The notes under the pieces: model-generated
What the model was told of the DNA's origin: nothing
The model's input: only the letters and a program-made list of their open reading frames with translations
Database searches by the model: none
Position numbers and translations under genes: made by a program
Shown: piece after piece, positions 62,991 through 64,000 of the stretch
Layout of the letters: every line of letters starts with the position of its first letter
Position numbering within the stretch: the first letter of the stretch is position 1
DNA from: Octopus sinensis
Lineage: Eukaryota
DNA: 64,000 nucleotides
Direction of reading: 5' to 3'
Assembly (NCBI RefSeq): GCF_006345805.1
Contig: NC_042997.1
Span: forward strand, 56,978,001-57,042,000

Positions 62991-63827
62991 ACCCCGGTAT
63001 ATAGTAATTTAATTCAAGGATCAAAAAAGATCTGGATCACATTTTTCAATTCTTTTAATTTTGTTCCAAGTGCTTTCAGATTTGGTGAATTGAAAGCCAT
63101 AGACATATTGGTGCTTGTTTCCATAGTAACAAGCCAAAGTATAGTCTACTTGTCACTGCACAACTGTTGATTAAAACACTGATATGTCAAATTTGAAAAT
63201 TTTCACTTAATTTTGAAATTTCAATAAGTGTGAGCAAAACAGAAAAAAACCTAATTGTTATTAATTGAAAAGCAGAGTTAAATTTTAAGACTTTTACAAA
63301 TTTTGAATTTGAATACTACTATTTTTCCCTTCGCAGTATGGAAAAACAGCCCTTATGAAAGCTATCATGGTTAAAGACTCGAATATTTTTCATATCATCT
63401 GGCAACATAGAAATGACAGCATAAGTTTACTTGAAACAGACCTTGTGAGATGAACACTTTTATTCTGCTATTTTAGCTATATTTTTCATTGAGATTGTCC
63501 TTAACATTAACTTTGTTGCTAGGATTCTGTACTTGCTCTCCCCTCTGTTCCTTCACGAACAACAATAATCATCTCATACTATCTTCATTGTCATTGTTGT
63601 TGTAGGTGTTGTTATCACCATTATAATCCTCATTTGTTTAATAACAATTTCTTCTAACTTAGCATGTGTTTGATGTATTTGTGTAACCATGTACCTCTGT
63701 TATAAGTGTTTCTTTCCTGCAATCTTTAATTGTTGACCTGCTGCTTATTGTGTCAATATCTATGATTTTTTTAATAAAGCTGTTTCACTTTCCTTTGATT
63801 CTTTTGTGTCTGAATATGATCTTTCAG

Positions 63828-63926
63828 CAAGGCAAAACACTTCTTCATTTAGCAGTTGAAGTACAGTGGGAGAAATGTGTCTTGTTATTGATCAATAATG
63901 GTGCTTCAGTGAACTCATGTGACAAT
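63828..63926 (+). CDS. Ankyrin-repeat exon (99 bp, phase 0-0); gene continues past the window
   Basis: ctttcag acceptor, gtaagt donor. Encodes QGKTLLHLAVEVQWEKCVLLLINNGASVNSCDN. Confidence 0.93.
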
Positions 63927-64000
63927 GTAAGTTATTACTAATGGTTCTGGAATAACAGACTCGAGAAATTTAAATGAAAATATTAACAGTGTGCAAAGTA

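Noticed and set aside
1-64000. CRISPR arrays, rRNA, genuine tRNA genes, prokaryotic operons
   Set aside because: None seen. tRNA-like boxes belong to SINE heads, and the DNA is spliced eukaryotic sequence.

Overview
AT-rich, microsatellite-rich, intron-rich animal genomic DNA. The repeat families (tRNA-derived SINEs, RTE and CR1 LINEs) suggest a coleoid cephalopod such as Octopus; this is inference, not a database result. Two spliced + strand genes are supported. The first is lysosomal phospholipase A2/LCAT-family PLA2G15: five coding exons at 4431-10634 with an intact Ser/Asp/His triad, and the first exon was not found in the window. The second is an unidentified ankyrin-repeat gene with phase-0 exons at 36445-36690, 51492-51581, 60993-61091 and 63828-63926, continuing beyond the window. 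The rest is a dense TE graveyard: RTE, CR1, Penelope-like, RLE-type non-LTR, Gypsy, mariner, pogo, Chapaev-like, Helitron and SINE remnants. The most unusual structure is an excess of fold-back DNA. (1) Three different non-autonomous TIR families start with GG and have 8-bp target duplications (Merlin-like). (2) One of them is a 2.85-kb palindrome carrying the same LINE insertion mirrored in both arms. (3) A second palindrome is folded back through a LINE 3' UTR. (4) About 1.1 kb of inverted intronic sequence symmetrically brackets ankyrin exons 2-3, which together are 189 nt and stop-free in frame, a geometry that predicts back-splicing and ADAR substrates. All identities are estimated by eye and no searches were run.
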